A stretch of DNA of 64,000 nucleotides, taken from positions 64,001 through 128,000 of the forward strand of contig CAWCFT010000009.1 of NCBI GenBank assembly GCA_963794945.1. The letters are read 5' to 3'. Numbering within the stretch: the stretch's first letter is position 1; each line of letters starts with the position of its first letter. Under the pieces are notes generated by a model that searched no databases, was not told the DNA's origin, and saw only the letters and a program-made list of their open reading frames with translations. This document shows positions 51,159 to 63,862 of this stretch, piece after piece. Source of the DNA: Endomicrobiales bacterium (GTDB taxonomy: Bacteria > Elusimicrobiota > Endomicrobiia > Endomicrobiales > CAWCFT01). The translations under genes and the position numbers were made by a program.

Positions 51159-53676
51159 TTAACTCAACAGCTTTTGCAGTTTATCTGTAACATTTGCGAT
51201 ATCGAGCCTGCGCTTATATAGATCTTTCCAGGGATCACCGTGTTTTTCCAGCCTCTTCGGCACGGTGTTGATATTGAATCTGGCGGGGTCAAGTTTTAAG
51301 GTAACTTCATTCCATTCAAGAGGCGTCGACACCGGAGCTCCCGGCCTCGGCCGCAGGGAATATGCCGCCGCTGTAGTTGCCCCGTAGCGGTTCTGCAGAT
51401 AATCAAGATACACCCGCCCCTTTCGCTTTGCAGGCGAGCGGTCCAGGCTCGTTACCTCTGGCAGACCGCCTTCTTACTACCATATTGATAAGATGCGCAA
51501 GGTCCTGAGCCTGTTCGAACCCGTAAACCGGTTGTATGGGCACGTAAATGTGCATGCCCTTGCCGCCTGAAGTCTTGCAGAACGCGGGAGCTTCGATCTC
51601 GTCTAAAACCTTTTTGGTCGCAAGTACCGATTCCACAACTTTTGAGAAAGCTACGTCCACGGGGTCAAAATCGAGAACTATGTAGTCCGGCTTATCAAGC
51701 CTTCCGGCAACGGAGTTCCATACATTAAGCTCAATGCAGCCTAAATTTGCGAGATAAAGCAGAGTATCAGTGTCCTCGCAAAGAAGATAATTGTTCAGTT
51801 TTCCGCCTTCCTGAATCTTGACGGTCTTTACCCACCCGGGGGCGGTGTCTCCCGCGTCCTTTTGGAAAAAGCTCTCGCCTGTAATGCCGTCGGGAAAGCG
51901 ATTGAGCGATTGCGGCCGGTCTTCAAGGTACGGCATTATCCACTCGGACATGCGCCAGTAATACTCGATGAGATATTTTTTTGTGATACCTTCATTGCGG
52001 CCAGAACATCTTATAGAGGTTGGTGAACCGTACTTTTGTGTGTCCGGGCTGGTTATCAGCTTTCGTGCTTACGGGCTCCTCAGGCACTACTTCAGCTGGT
52101 TTTTTGTCCTGCGCAAGGCCCAACACTATGGGCTGGCGCATCAGGCCGTCTTTGGTCCATTCACTGAATTTCACTTCTACAACCAGCTCGGGCTTTACCC
52201 ATGTGACCGGCATATTGGTTTTTGGCTTGTGTTCGAACGGGCTTTTATCTGTTTCTAGGGGTTTAAGTTTATCATACATCGCTTTGAGCCCTTTATCGTC
52301 AAAACCGCCGCCGGCGTGGCCGGCAAAGGTAAGTTTGCCGTCCCTGTAAACACCCAGCACCAGGGCCCCGAAGTATTTCCTTGAAGAACGGCCTTCAGTG
52401 AAACCGCATACCACGGCTTCCTGCCGTTTCTGCGCTTTGATTTTGATCCAGTCCCGTGAGCGCATGCCCGAGCGGTACGGAGCTGTTAAGGTTTTTTGCT
52501 ATTATCCCTTCTAAACCGTTTTTAACCGCGGCCTCGTAAAACTGTTTCCCGTCGGTATCCACGTAGCCGCTAAGCCTTATGGTGTTTGATACCGGCAGTA
52601 TCTTTTCCAATATTTTAATTCGCCGCTTTAACGGAAGGCCGCGCAGGTCGTACGAGCCCGCGTAAAGGCAGTCGAACACATAGTAAACAAGCGGGCCTTT
52701 TCGGCTCATCAGGTACGCCTGAAGCATCTGGAAGTCCGAGCGCCCTTCTTTGTCTAAGACAGCCAGCTCGCCGTCGAATATCGCGTTGACCGCAAGCCCC
52801 TTCAAACCTTCAGCGACAGCCGGGAACTTTCCGGTATAAACTTTCCCCGCCCTGGAAAAAAGCTTTACATCACCGTTCTTTACTATCGCTATAGAGCGGT
52901 ACCCGTCCCATTTTACTTCAAATATCCAGTCGTAACGGTCGAAAGGTTTTTCGTCCAATGTCGCGAGCATGGGCTCTACAAAGGCCGGCATGCTGTGTTT
53001 GACAGCCCCGGCGAGATCTTTACCCGAAAGCAAAACCTCGTGATCTTCTATTGCCTTCGCGGGCCTTTTAACGGCGGCAGGCGGATCGTCCGGCACGTCA
53101 ACCTTATCACCTTCGACGTCTTCCAGCGTCCGGCCCGAACGTGCTGAGCGCTCGTCCGTAATGCCCGTAGGCGCCGCGTACTCATCCGCTTTTTTGATTA
53201 TAAGCCACTGGTTCTCGCCGTTCTTTAATTTCACCAGCGAATACTCGCCATGCATTTTTTTTCCCTTGAATATAAGCGTCAGGTGCCCTTTCTCGAGAGC
53301 CTGGGCTGTTAACTTTTCCGTCTGTTGAAGGTCATCTTTGTCGGCGCCATACAAACTGTAAGTTCCTTCATCCCAGATAATAACGCTTCCCGCGCCGTAA
53401 TTGCCTTTTGGTATAAGGCCCTCGAAATCTTTGTAGTCGTAAGGGTGGTCCTCCACCATTACCGCGAGCCTCTTATCCGCGGGGTTCATCGATATGCCTT
53501 TAGGCACGGCCCAGCTCTTAAGCACTCCTTTGTGTTCAAGCCTCAGGTCGTAGTGCAGGCGGTGCGAACGGTGTTTTTGAACGACAAAACGCAGCCCCGC
53601 CGGCCTTACGAGCCGGCGCCGAAGGCTCGGGAGTCTTGGTGAAATCCCTTTTTTTAATATATTCTTTTAAAGGCAT
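51159..53676 (-). CDS. ligD: NHEJ DNA ligase D (phosphoesterase-ligase-polymerase), split by several frameshifts
   Basis: YIKKRDFTKTPEP, LKSWAVPKG, EVKWDGYR, EGIIAK, WIKIK, KTSGGKGMHIYVP, YSLRPRPGAPVSTPL. Confidence 0.92.
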
Positions 53677-53683
53677 AGCTTCG

Positions 53684-54450
53684 CTATTTGACGGACACAA
53701 GGCTTTTCTTGAGCTTCTCAAGTATATCGCCTGCGGCTGTTTCCTGCAGGGGGCCTTTTTCAACGTGAACGGTTTTGCCGTGCTTTTTGGCATCTATAAT
53801 GTGTTTCAGGCGTTCGTTGTAGGTATCTTTAAATTGCTCCGGCTTGAAATGGCCTTTGAGCTTATCTATAAGCTCGAGAGCAAGCTCTTTCTGGTTCTTA
53901 GGTATATCAGCGTTTTTGGGAAGTTCGAGTTCCGAGGTTTTTTCAGTGTGTTAGCGAAACGCATTACGATCAGCATTATCACGTCGCGGTCGGCCTTAAG
54001 CATCACGAGATGCTCCCGGTTTTTTAGCACGAACCTTCCTATGCCGGCCATCTTCGATTCGGCAAGAGCCTCGCGGAACAGGGCGTACGTTGCGTGCGAC
54101 TTTTTTTCCGGCTCAAGATAATATGGTTTTTCAATATATTTAAAATCAACTTCTCTTTCGTCAACGAATTGTTCTATGTCTATCGTGTAGGTCTTCTTTG
54201 AAGCGGCCTTCTGAAAATCCTGCTCGCTCAAGACCACGTAATCATCCTTTTGGTACTGGTACCCGCGGACTATATCTTCGAACGGAACTTCTTCGCCCGT
54301 CCTTCTGCACACCTTCTTGTACTGTATCGGGCAGAGGTCGTCTTTCCTAAGGTAATTCATGGATAAAGTGTCAGGCGTCACCGCGGTGTGCAGCTTGACC
54401 GGTATGTTGACGAGACCGAATGAGACCATCCCCGACCATATAGCGCGCAT
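53684..54450 (-). CDS. ku: NHEJ Ku protein (frameshifted C-terminus)
   Basis: MRAIWSGMVSFGLVNIPVKL, IVRGYQY, KPYYLEP; DILEKLKKSL C-terminus in another frame. Confidence 0.92.
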
Positions 54451-54539
54451 TGTAACCTCCGTGCACCTATATTTTACCTATATGTACGAAATAACTTATA
54501 ACATTATTCCGCTTTTCGCTGATGTTTTTCTCTGTTGAT

Positions 54540-57500
54540 TTATTGCGGGCCGGCAGTGTTGGAATTACCGTTGAGGCTGGTAAACCAGAGGTATGAAAAT
54601 ATCCCTATTGCTATAATTGCCGCGGTTGAGCTGAATATATTTGACGGGCATGGGTTGAGTATGATCTGTCTTACCTGAGCCAGTGCCAGCGGCCCGCCCA
54701 GAGCCAGTGGCACAACCTGAAGATTGCGGCGGAATAGATAAATATAGCCCACGAGCATCGTTGTACCTAACATTAGCCCAAACGCGGTCCAGGACAACAA
54801 CGTATTTATTTGGTTGTTCCCTCTACTAATAAGACCAAAGATAATTATAAGCAGAGCAGCAGGCGCTTTTCGTTTGGTCCACGAGCCTGTGAACAGCTCA
54901 ACAGCCATGAATACGAACATGAACAAACTCGACTGCTTTATGAGGCCCACCGACACTGAAATAGCTTCGTCAATTACCGGGAATGTCGCGCCCAGCGAAC
55001 CGAAGTCTGGCCACACGGGCATTGTGTACCGCGTTGCCGCGGAAACAGCCGCCGTTACGCCCGCAAGAATTAACGCCCATGCGGCTGCAAGCCTTAGCGC
55101 TTCCTGCAGCTGCAGATTCTGTTCTGGTTTTAGGTTCCCTGCTACCATCGCGCTGATCAGCGCCACATTGAACGATGAAACCAGCGCCGTCATAGTGTAC
55201 AGCCCGATCTTGGTAAGAGCCTGGTTCGCGAACGGCTGAACTGCGGAGTATTGCGATAAAGCTGTCTGCCAGTTATTGGCGAAACTTACTGCAAGCATCA
55301 ATAGTACCGACCCTAAAAATATGTAGAACACATTTACCGTGAACCTTTTTTTGCTCCACGCTACTATCGCCGTAGCGAACGCGGCGAGGTATAAAAGAAA
55401 GATCAGCAGCGAACACATGCTCGATATTGAATCCGTTACCGCCGTCCTGTTAGCTTCGTTCCTCTGCCACTCCTCTGGCACGTGAACGTAGCTGTTTGTG
55501 TCTGTAACTTTATCGCCCGCTATCGTTACCGATATCCTGGGCTGTCCGTCTTTCAGCGGGTAGCCGGACGGGTCGGAGAACTCGAACTTCCAGTCGGTCC
55601 TGTTCGGCCGCTTCTCGTTTAGCGCCGAGACCTCGGTTATCTTGCTCGTATCAACGCCGAATCTTTTTAAAACAGCTTCGTGCGCGGCTTTCCGCGCCAC
55701 GTCTTCGCTAAGCGACGGCGCGGGCGCGCTCTCGGGAAGCTTGTGGTACGTCTTGATAACTTTCCCTTTCCAGGAAACAGGTATAAGGTACTCTTCCGCC
55801 CTGTCCGCCAGATCCCCCTTGAACATCGCGTACCGCACTATCCATCTCGGGGGCTTAAGGTAGCCGTTTTGCATAAGGATAGAATACGCCTTTGCCCCGC
55901 CGCTTTGCCAAACGAACCTGTCTTCGCCTCCGGGGCTCGCCGCGACGTAGGCAAACGTCTCCCACGGCTTTGAAAGCGATATGCCCTGCTCTTTAAGCGC
56001 CTCCACACTTGCCGAGACAGCCTCTGACCTGTTTATTTCTATTAAAGGCACCGAACTGCGCAGCCTTGAGAACGCGCCCCACAGGATAAGCCCTGAGGCA
56101 GACCGCTATAATTAATATTTCAGGTTTTATCGTATATTTCCGGGCGGCAGGCGCTGGTTCTTCGGCCTGACCTGCAGGCGTCGTTTCACCAGCGATCCAT
56201 ACTTTATTGAAAGGGATCTCGCTGTCCTCAGGTTTTTTGCCGTACTTCAAGCGGGCAATAATAGCGTATGCCAGCGGCACAACCACAGCCGCTATCACCA
56301 CCACCTGGTTGACCAGCGCCCCTTTGCCGGAATAAAAGAACAGAGGCAGGGACATCCACGAAGCGTCAAAAGTAAAGTGAAGTATTATAACTGGAAGAAG
56401 GCCGTAATAAATATACAAGAGCCCAAAAACAAGGGCCGGTATAAGAAGTTCTACGGGCCTCGCGTAGGCGGGCTCATTGACATAATTAGCGTGCGCCGAC
56501 CCGAATATCACGGCCTGCAAAATGAGCGCCCCTATTATCCAGAGTTTTCTCTTGCCCAACCGCTGGCCGATAAGCGCCGCGCCGGCTATAGGTACCGCTC
56601 TGAACAGGCACTCTTCCCAAAGGCCCGCGTGCACGGCCGGAGCCAGCGAATTGAACCACGGGACGTAGGACGCAAGCACGTTCGGGTCGAATATCGTATC
56701 CGACGGCGACCACCAGCCGAACCACCTGTTCGCGCCGAAGTAAAGCGCCACCTGGTACGCGCTGAATACCGCCGCAAGCAGGTATCCCGCCGATATCCTT
56801 CCGGCTATCCTGGGTGATGCCGGCGTGTTCTTTGAGAACAGCTTCCAGAACTGTATGTGCTCGGGGAAGGCTTTTCTTGTCAGTCCTTCCGCGGCCATAA
56901 AGCTTACGGCAAGAAGCGCCGAATCCTTAAGGAATTCCGACAGCATCGAGGTTATGTTCTGCATCAGAAAACCCTGCTGCGATAAAGCCGTATCGTACGA
57001 CATCAGCGATAGCGGCCACTCGTTAATCCTAGCCACAAGCTGAAGGAAGCCTACTACCACTCCCAGCATTACAGGCTCACGCCATATAACAAGCTTTTCT
57101 TTGAGCAGGAAGTACAACCCGATAACACAGCCGCCCAATATATAAAGTATTATGAACGACACGGACGCGGAAGTTGCTATGACATTGTTCGATGAGCGCA
57201 TGTGCTCGAATCGCAGTTTGAACGCCTCAGGGATCTTGAGGAAATGCTCGAGGCCCGTCGGCTCGCTGCCGGACACTACAAGCTTCAGCCTGTACCTCGC
57301 CTCGCCGATCTTGACATCGGGCCTTTCGTACACGAACGTGTGGTCTATCCGCCCGCCGGGCTTTTTCTCGCTGGACTGTTCAACGAGCGCATAAGTTGAA
57401 ATATTGACGCCCCACGCCGCGAGCAGCGTTTTCCGCTACTGTCCTTGCTTCCGGGCTGCTTATGTTCTTTCCGGGCTCTTGTTCAGGAAGCTTAAGGCTG

Positions 57501-57883
57501 AAACCGTACGGTCTGCCTTCCGGAGTGAAAGCTATGTTAGCCTCTCTTGTCACCCGCGTTTTAAAATGCCTGACCGTCCAAACGTAAGGCGAGTACAGCC
57601 CGCCTTTGAGCATTTTGGTGAAAGCTTCCTTCCCGCCGCCTTCAAGCTCAACGTAGTTTTGCGCCTCGTTATCCTCATCGAAAAGCCAGGCCTGGCTGTA
57701 TCCCGCAGGGCCCCAGCCGTATTTAGCGTCAAGTTTAGCGGCCTCGGCGAGCGCGGCGCCGCGGTCCATCACGAAATTCAGCGTGACTATCGGGAAAGCC
57801 TTAGAAAAAAAGCGCACCGTGAACAATACCGATGCGCAGGATACGGCTATAAGCGATATCCAGAAATACAATTTTCTTGTCAT
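54540..57883 (-). CDS. Large membrane protein with CPBP (CAAX/Abi) intramembrane protease domain, split over three ORFs
   Basis: AGLWEECLFRA, IFGSAHA, IILHFTFD; duplicated extracytoplasmic plus TM halves. Confidence 0.8.
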
Positions 57884-57893
57884 TAATTTTCCG

Positions 57894-59369
57894 TTACTGT
57901 TTCTCAGAGAATGATAAATACAAAAGCGTGCCCTGCCTGTCGACATCAATAACGACGCCCTCCGACAATTTGACCTTTGATGTGGCGGCAGTGAACTCTT
58001 TTACGGTCGGGGTCAGCGACTGGTTAATAGATCTTATCAAATCTCCCTGCATAATTCCAATCGATTCAGCCGTACTGCCCGGAGCCACGTCGATAACCAC
58101 GCAGCCTTTCTCGTTCTCCGTTATATTATACCGCTGCGCGAGTTCGCTGTTAACGGTCATCACCTTCATCCCTGCCCACTGCGTCGATGACCTTTCCGAA
58201 GGCTCGGCACCGCGCCCCATTTCCGCGAGTTTCTCTTCGAACGGTGTCTCTCCGGCGGTAAGGCTTACTGTCATCTCTTTTTTGTTACGTATTATAAGAA
58301 GCTTTATTATGGTCTTCGGTTCAATGTGCGTGACTATGTTCTGTAGCTCGTCCGGCGTGTTTATAGTTTTCCCGTTTATCGCCCTTATGACGTCTCCTCT
58401 GATGAGCCCCGCTTCCTTCGCGGGTGAGTTATCAAATACGGAATTGATCAGTACACCCGACTTGTCAGCCAGCCCGAACTGGCTTGCTATCGCGCTGTCT
58501 ACCGGCCGTATCTCCACCCCCAGCCAGCCCCTCACCACTTTTCCTTTGCGTATCAGCGAGTCTAATATTTCCTTGGCGTTGTTTATCGGTATGGCGAAGC
58601 CTACACCTGCGAACACTCCCGTAGGCGCGTAGATAGCCGTGTTAATGCCTATAACCTCGCCGTATATATTGTAGAGAGGGCCTCCTGAATTTCCTCGGTT
58701 TATAGCGGCGTCGGTCTGTATAAGGTTATTGTACATCTTACCTTCTATCTCTATCGACTGCCTCTTAGCGGATATTATGCCGGTCGTAATGGTCTTTTCC
58801 AGCCCGAACGGGGAACCCGCCGCTATCACCCACTCGCCGACTTTTATCTTGTCGGAATCCCCAAGCCGCGCGAAAGTTATGTCTTTTCCTGCGTTGATCT
58901 TTATTATAGCTATGTCGGTGCGCTCGTCCCTGCCCACAAGCTTGCCGGTATATTTCCTTTCGTCGGACAGCGTAACCTTTATGGACTGCGCGCCGTGCAC
59001 AACGTGCTCGTTTGTGAGGATGTACCCCTCTGCGCTTATTATCACGCCCGAACCTTCCGCTTCAGCTTTCTGCGTCTGGCTCTGGCCCGGCATCTTCGGC
59101 GTGCCGAAAAACTCCTCGAAAGGCGACCCGAAAAAGAATTCGTACTGCGGGAGCTTCTCTTCAAAAACCGTAGATATATTAACTACTGTCGGTTTTACAG
59201 TACTCGCGAGCTTTGAGAACGATTCCTGCATCGAAACCATCGCAGGGCTCGGCTTTAGAAGTTCTGTTTCGTCGGCATAGCCCAAAGAGACCAGCAAAAG
59301 CAGCGCTGCAGCGGTACTTAGAATATGTTTAGCCATAATATTTGTTTTCATTGTATTTATGTAACACAT
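57894..59369 (-). CDS. degP: DegP/HtrA (Do family) serine protease with two PDZ domains
   Basis: GSGVII, ILTNEHVV, IQTDAAINRGNSGGPL, RGWLGV; start may be a few codons downstream. Confidence 0.9.
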   Translation of the reverse strand: MCYINTMKTNIMAKHILSTAAALLLLVSLGYADETELLKPSPAMVSMQESFSKLASTVKPTVVNISTVFEEKLPQYEFFFGSPFEEFFGTPKMPGQSQTQKAEAEGSGVIISAEGYILTNEHVVHGAQSIKVTLSDERKYTGKLVGRDERTDIAIIKINAGKDITFARLGDSDKIKVGEWVIAAGSPFGLEKTITTGIISAKRQSIEIEGKMYNNLIQTDAAINRGNSGGPLYNIYGEVIGINTAIYAPTGVFAGVGFAIPINNAKEILDSLIRKGKVVRGWLGVEIRPVDSAIASQFGLADKSGVLINSVFDNSPAKEAGLIRGDVIRAINGKTINTPDELQNIVTHIEPKTIIKLLIIRNKKEMTVSLTAGETPFEEKLAEMGRGAEPSERSSTQWAGMKVMTVNSELAQRYNITENEKGCVVIDVAPGSTAESIGIMQGDLIRSINQSLTPTVKEFTAATSKVKLSEGVVIDVDRQGTLLYLSFSEKQ

Positions 59370-59385
59370 TAACGCTTACTCCTTC

Positions 59386-60460
59386 CTATTTATTAAACAA
59401 CGCTTTATACTTTCCGTAACCCTGCTTTTCCAGCTCTTCTTTCGGAATGAACCTCATTGCCGCCGAGTTCATGCAGTACCGCAATCCTGTCGGCTGAGGC
59501 CCGTCATTGAAAACATGCCCCAGGTGCGAATCGGCATGTTTACTCCTTACTTCTGTCCGCGACATAAAGAAGCTGTTGTCCTGCTTTTCTACTATATCGC
59601 CGGGCTCGAGAGGTTTTGTAAAACTTGGCCAGCCCGTCCCTGACTCGAATTTGTCAAGCGAGCTGAACAGCGGCTCGCCGGATACGATGTCTACATATAT
59701 CCCGTCTTTATGGTTGTCCCAGTATTCGTTATGGAAAGCGGGTTCTGTGCCTTTTTCCTGTGTCACTTTATACTGTATAGGCGTTAGTTTTTTCTTAAGT
59801 TCTTCTTTTGAGTAACTTACCGAATATTCACCCGGCGGGTCGGAGTGTATAGTTTCTTTACCCCAGAACCTTATCGAGGTAGCGGTCGCGCCCGCACGAG
59901 GTCCTGTAGTATTTGTATCGTATCGGGTTTTTTTTGTAGTAATCCTGGTGGTAGTCTTCGGCGGGATAGAAATTGGTGAAAGGTATTATCTCCTCCGCGA
60001 AAGCCTTGCTGAACCTGCCGGACTTTTCCAGGCGCTTCATTGACTCTTCAGCTGCGGTTTTCTGGCGGGCGTCGAGATAGAATATCGCCGGCCTGTACTG
60101 GGGCCCGCGGTCGCAGAACTGGCCTCCTCCGTCCGTAGGGTCTATCTGGGTCCAGTAAACGTCAAGGAGGGCCGGGTAGGTTATTTTTGACGGGTCATAT
60201 GTCACCTCGACGGCTTCAACATATTTTTTTTCGGCGTAATCTTCATATGTTGGGTTACTGCCCTCACCCCCGGCGTAGCCGGACACTACTTTTATTACGC
60301 CGTCAAGCTTTTCGAAAGGCGGTGTCATGCACCAGAAACATCCGCCCGCGAAAACGGCTTTTTCCTGGCTTGGGCCGGCGAAAGACGACGTTCCTGCGAA
60401 CAGGCATACAAAAGCGAGACCGGGTGCGATAAGTGCTCTTATCATTTTATTGTCCTCCAT
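59386..60460 (-). CDS. msrAB: Bifunctional methionine sulfoxide reductase MsrA-MsrB (frameshift at the junction) with signal peptide
   Basis: GGCFWC and AEDYHQDYY (MsrA); [32 protein letters not shown] (MsrB). Confidence 0.88.
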
Positions 60461-60695
60461 GTGGCACGAACTGTAGCGAACTGCTGTTGTATATATTTTA
60501 CTTATATATTATTGCACTAAGCTAACCTAATTCCCTGATCTACTGACATTTTTATCATTAAACGGGCATGAAAAATACCATCCGAGTCAACAGGATAGTA
60601 TAATATTGTTTTAGATTATTAAGAGCCGGCTATTTATTCTTCTTTTTTATCTTTACTGCTCGACAAAGCTTTCATCGGACGACATTTTTAGCCAT

Positions 60696-61523
60696 TTAGA
60701 TCTTAACCCTTAACAACTCTTTGTCGGACACTCTTGGTGTAGGCAGTTTAAGACGAGAAAGAGCGTTTTCTACTATAGACGCTACCGCGTAGTTGCGGTA
60801 CCACTTGTGGTCCGCCGGTATAATGTACCATGGAGCGCATGCCGTTGATGTGCTGGACAGGCAGTCGTTGTAGGCCTTTGTGTAGTCTTTCCAGAATTCC
60901 CTCTCCTTAAAATCCGCCCACGCGAGTTTCCATTGTTTTGCCGGGTCCTGCTGGCGAGCGCGAAGCCGCCTGCGCTGCTCGTCCTTTGATATGTGCAGGA
61001 AGAATTTTAGTATCGTGACACTATCCTTGGCCAGCATCTCTTCAAAAGTGTTAATAAGGCCGAAACGCCACTTCCAGAGGCCTTTAATTTTCCGCACGTC
61101 GGGCGGCAGCAGTTTGTCTGCATGCACGCGGACTATCAATGTGTCTTCGTAGTACGAGCGGTTGAATATCCCGATGGCTCCGCGGGGCGGAACAGAATTG
61201 TGGGAGCGCCAGAGAAAATCATGCTGTTTTTCAACAGTGGTCGGCTCCTTAAAACTTGTAACAACGCAGCCGGCAGGGTTAACGCGCCCGAATACGCGGC
61301 GAACCGTGCCGTCCTTACCGGAAGTATCCATACCCTGTAAAATGATCAACGCCGCGCGCGACCCGTTTAAATGCAGGCGCATCTGCTGTTGGCTTATCTT
61401 TTTTACAATTTTGTCCGTTAGGTCTTCCACTTCTTTCTTTTCTGAAGCGCCTGGTGTTGCGCTGGTATCGATGCTGGTGATATCTACATTTCTCGGGCAC
61501 TTGAGTATTTTCGATAGATCCAT
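60696..61523 (-). CDS. ppk2: Polyphosphate kinase 2 family protein
   Basis: QGMDTSGKDG, SFKEPT, FNRSYYED, KFFLHISKDEQ, PWYIIPADHKW. Confidence 0.9.
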   Translation of the reverse strand: MDLSKILKCPRNVDITSIDTSATPGASEKKEVEDLTDKIVKKISQQQMRLHLNGSRAALIILQGMDTSGKDGTVRRVFGRVNPAGCVVTSFKEPTTVEKQHDFLWRSHNSVPPRGAIGIFNRSYYEDTLIVRVHADKLLPPDVRKIKGLWKWRFGLINTFEEMLAKDSVTILKFFLHISKDEQRRRLRARQQDPAKQWKLAWADFKEREFWKDYTKAYNDCLSSTSTACAPWYIIPADHKWYRNYAVASIVENALSRLKLPTPRVSDKELLRVKI

Positions 61524-61548
61524 ATAACGATTCTCCCGCTTTGTTTTG

Positions 61549-62117
61549 TCAGAGGCTCTTTCCAAACTCCACTGCCTTTTCGCGTGCTCCTGGCTTCTTT
61601 CTAACGTCGCCTGAAACTCCGGCGTTAGGCACTATCAGCGAAGCGTATTTCATGCCCGTGTATTTGGCCGTCATTTTGAAAGGTTCCTCTAGCGCCGCGA
61701 ACCCTTCCCCCTCGAAGGCGCTAGCTATCACGGCGAACGTTTTTCCCTTGAGGGGCGTTTTCATCGTCCCGGCCTCGTTGTCCCATTTGTAAAGAGAGAA
61801 CATCCTGTCGAAAACACCTTTTATCTGCGCGCTGGCAGAAAAGAAGTAAAGCGGTGTAGCCATAACAATAACATCAGCGGTCAGCATCTTATCGAGCGTA
61901 AGTTTCACATCGTCCGCAAAAGCGCATCCGTATGCTTCGCGCCTCTGGCACGCCCTGCAAGACTGACAGCCGTTGACCTTGCTCTTAAGCAACGCGGCAT
62001 TGACTATTTCTACCCCGGCGCCGCGAGCTTAGCCCCTTCGGCGAACCATTCCACAAGCGCCGCGGTGTTGCCGTCTCTCTTTGGACTTCCAGTGATAACC
62101 AATATAGATGCGCCCAT
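61549..62117 (-). CDS. Flavodoxin-like / NADPH-dependent FMN reductase (iron-sulfur flavoprotein type), frameshift near 62030
   Basis: ILVITGSPKRDGNT N-terminus, CQSCRAC..C..DD, ATPLYF. Confidence 0.8.
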
Positions 62118-62377
62118 CAGGTATTGCGTCCTGTTTTCGACAACCCGCCTTTTGTCAGATACTCCTGCATCTGCTTTTTTGAATAGTAGCGGGAATATTT
62201 TACGTGTATCCTTGAGAATTTGAGTTCGGCAGCTTTTATCACGGCCTGTTTGACGTTCAATCCCAGAATATCAGCCAGCTGTTCTTCGGTGAGGAACTTT
62301 CCCGGAGAGCTCATTATCGTTGTTATGTTTTTATCTTCTATCTTTGGTGTGTAGTGCTTAGTGGGTTTTAACTTCAT
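62117..62377 (-). CDS. Hypothetical protein, possible HTH
   Basis: FLTEEQLADILGL; TGATG coupling to the downstream gene. Confidence 0.55.
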   Translation of the reverse strand: MKLKPTKHYTPKIEDKNITTIMSSPGKFLTEEQLADILGLNVKQAVIKAAELKFSRIHVKYSRYYSKKQMQEYLTKGGLSKTGRNT

Positions 62378-62392
62378 TAGATTCCTTTACAG

Positions 62393-62638
62393 TTAGTGGC
62401 CGGAACATTTCCCGCCGCAGCAGGGTCCGCCCGAACCCATCGCTCCTCCGCACCGCTCGTCGCGGCTAAGGCACGCCTTGCCTGAACTTCCCTTCTTTGA
62501 TGAGAGGGGTGTAGCCGCGCTCAACATCTTGCGGACACTGCCTTTGCATTTGGGGCAATTGGGCTTTCCCTCGTGCATCTCCTGAAGATGTTCAAAACGT
62601 TTACCGCAAGACTCGCACTCGTACTCGTATATAGGCAT
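62393..62638 (-). CDS. FmdB family zinc-ribbon protein
   Basis: MPIYEYECESCG..FE..CPKC. Confidence 0.9.
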   Translation of the reverse strand: MPIYEYECESCGKRFEHLQEMHEGKPNCPKCKGSVRKMLSAATPLSSKKGSSGKACLSRDERCGGAMGSGGPCCGGKCSGH

Positions 62639-62656
62639 TTGATCTCCTTGTAATAT

Positions 62657-63862
62657 CTACTTGCTTTCGCCGCGCCCTGGTGTGCCCGCGGCGACTGCCG
62701 CGGTCATGAACTGCAGTATATACATGAACGGCCTTATAAAGCGCGCGGGGCGTTTAATCTCCACCGCTTTCGACGGACAAAGTTCCTGGCAGCAGAAACA
62801 GCGTATACAGCCCTCAAGATCGGCATGAGGTTTATTGTCCTTCATAATAATGACCCGGGCCGGGCATGAACGGATGCACTCACCGCAAGAAGTGCATTTG
62901 TCATGGTTAAAAACCGGCTTCGGCTTTGTGTAGCGGGCCAATAACGAGGGTATCGCGCCGTCAGTCATTGATATGCCGGCCTGGTTGCCCAGCATAGGTA
63001 CGTCGAAGGAGTCAAGGCGCGCTTTTTCTAAAAGCATTCCGGAAATTTCAATATCGTTCACACTTTTGGGAGCAAGTCCCCTCACCGCAGCCTGCTTGAG
63101 CACCGGCACCTGGTCAGGCCTCAACCCTATAATGTGCGCTGCCGCTGTATCAAGCGCGAAGGCGTCCGTGCCCGCAAGCACAAGCCCTACCTGTTTCGGC
63201 TTGCCGGCAGACGGCCCTTCGCCTTCCATTCCTACAACGGCGTCCATTATGGTTAACGCCGGCCTTACGCTTAAAAATATATCTATCAATGCGTCAGCAA
63301 ACTGGTCGTGGCCGGACAGGCGCATGTGGTACTCGATCTTAGTCGTGCCGGCTATTGCGCCGAACATGTTCTTTACCGCGCCGGTGTAGATCATCTGCCC
63401 ATGAGTTTTTAACTTTGGGATATTGATAACGATGTCCGCGTCAACCAGCGGTTTGATAATACTAAGCTTTTTGAGGTATTTCGCGCCGGGGTTTGAAACA
63501 ACGGCTTCCGTAACATCATAGTTAAGCAAACAACCGGTCTCTTTTGCGATATCCGCGAAGCCGCAGGCTTTGTAAACACCTTCTAGGTAATGCTTGAAGT
63601 ACGGCCCGCCCGGGCTGTCGGCAATGGTAACAATACCTCCAGCTTGCTGTATAAGCAGCACAAGCTCTCGCACAAAAGCCGGGTGCGTCGTTGTCGCGTC
63701 TTCGGGGCGCTTGCCCATCAGAAGGTTGGGTTTAAGCAGTACCTTGGTGCCTCTTTTGACGAACTGGTCTATACCGCCAAGGTTATTAAGCGCCTGCTCT
63801 ATGGCTGCCGATACCGTTATTTTTGAATAGTCACTGCATGGTATGATAGTAACAAGGCTCAT
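62657..63862 (-). CDS. DUF362 domain protein with 2x[4Fe-4S] ferredoxin domain
   Basis: VLLKPNLL, TTHP, PKLKTH, GMEGEGP, CTSCGECIRSCP, CIRCFCCQELCP. Confidence 0.9.
   Translation of the reverse strand: MSLVTIIPCSDYSKITVSAAIEQALNNLGGIDQFVKRGTKVLLKPNLLMGKRPEDATTTHPAFVRELVLLIQQAGGIVTIADSPGGPYFKHYLEGVYKACGFADIAKETGCLLNYDVTEAVVSNPGAKYLKKLSIIKPLVDADIVINIPKLKTHGQMIYTGAVKNMFGAIAGTTKIEYHMRLSGHDQFADALIDIFLSVRPALTIMDAVVGMEGEGPSAGKPKQVGLVLAGTDAFALDTAAAHIIGLRPDQVPVLKQAAVRGLAPKSVNDIEISGMLLEKARLDSFDVPMLGNQAGISMTDGAIPSLLARYTKPKPVFNHDKCTSCGECIRSCPARVIIMKDNKPHADLEGCIRCFCCQELCPSKAVEIKRPARFIRPFMYILQFMTAAVAAGTPGRGESK

Noticed and set aside
62393..62638. Cys/Gly-rich tail as a seventh RiPP precursor
   Set aside because: No KWIKPEK leader; a typical FmdB zinc-ribbon protein whose Cys/Gly tail is common in that family
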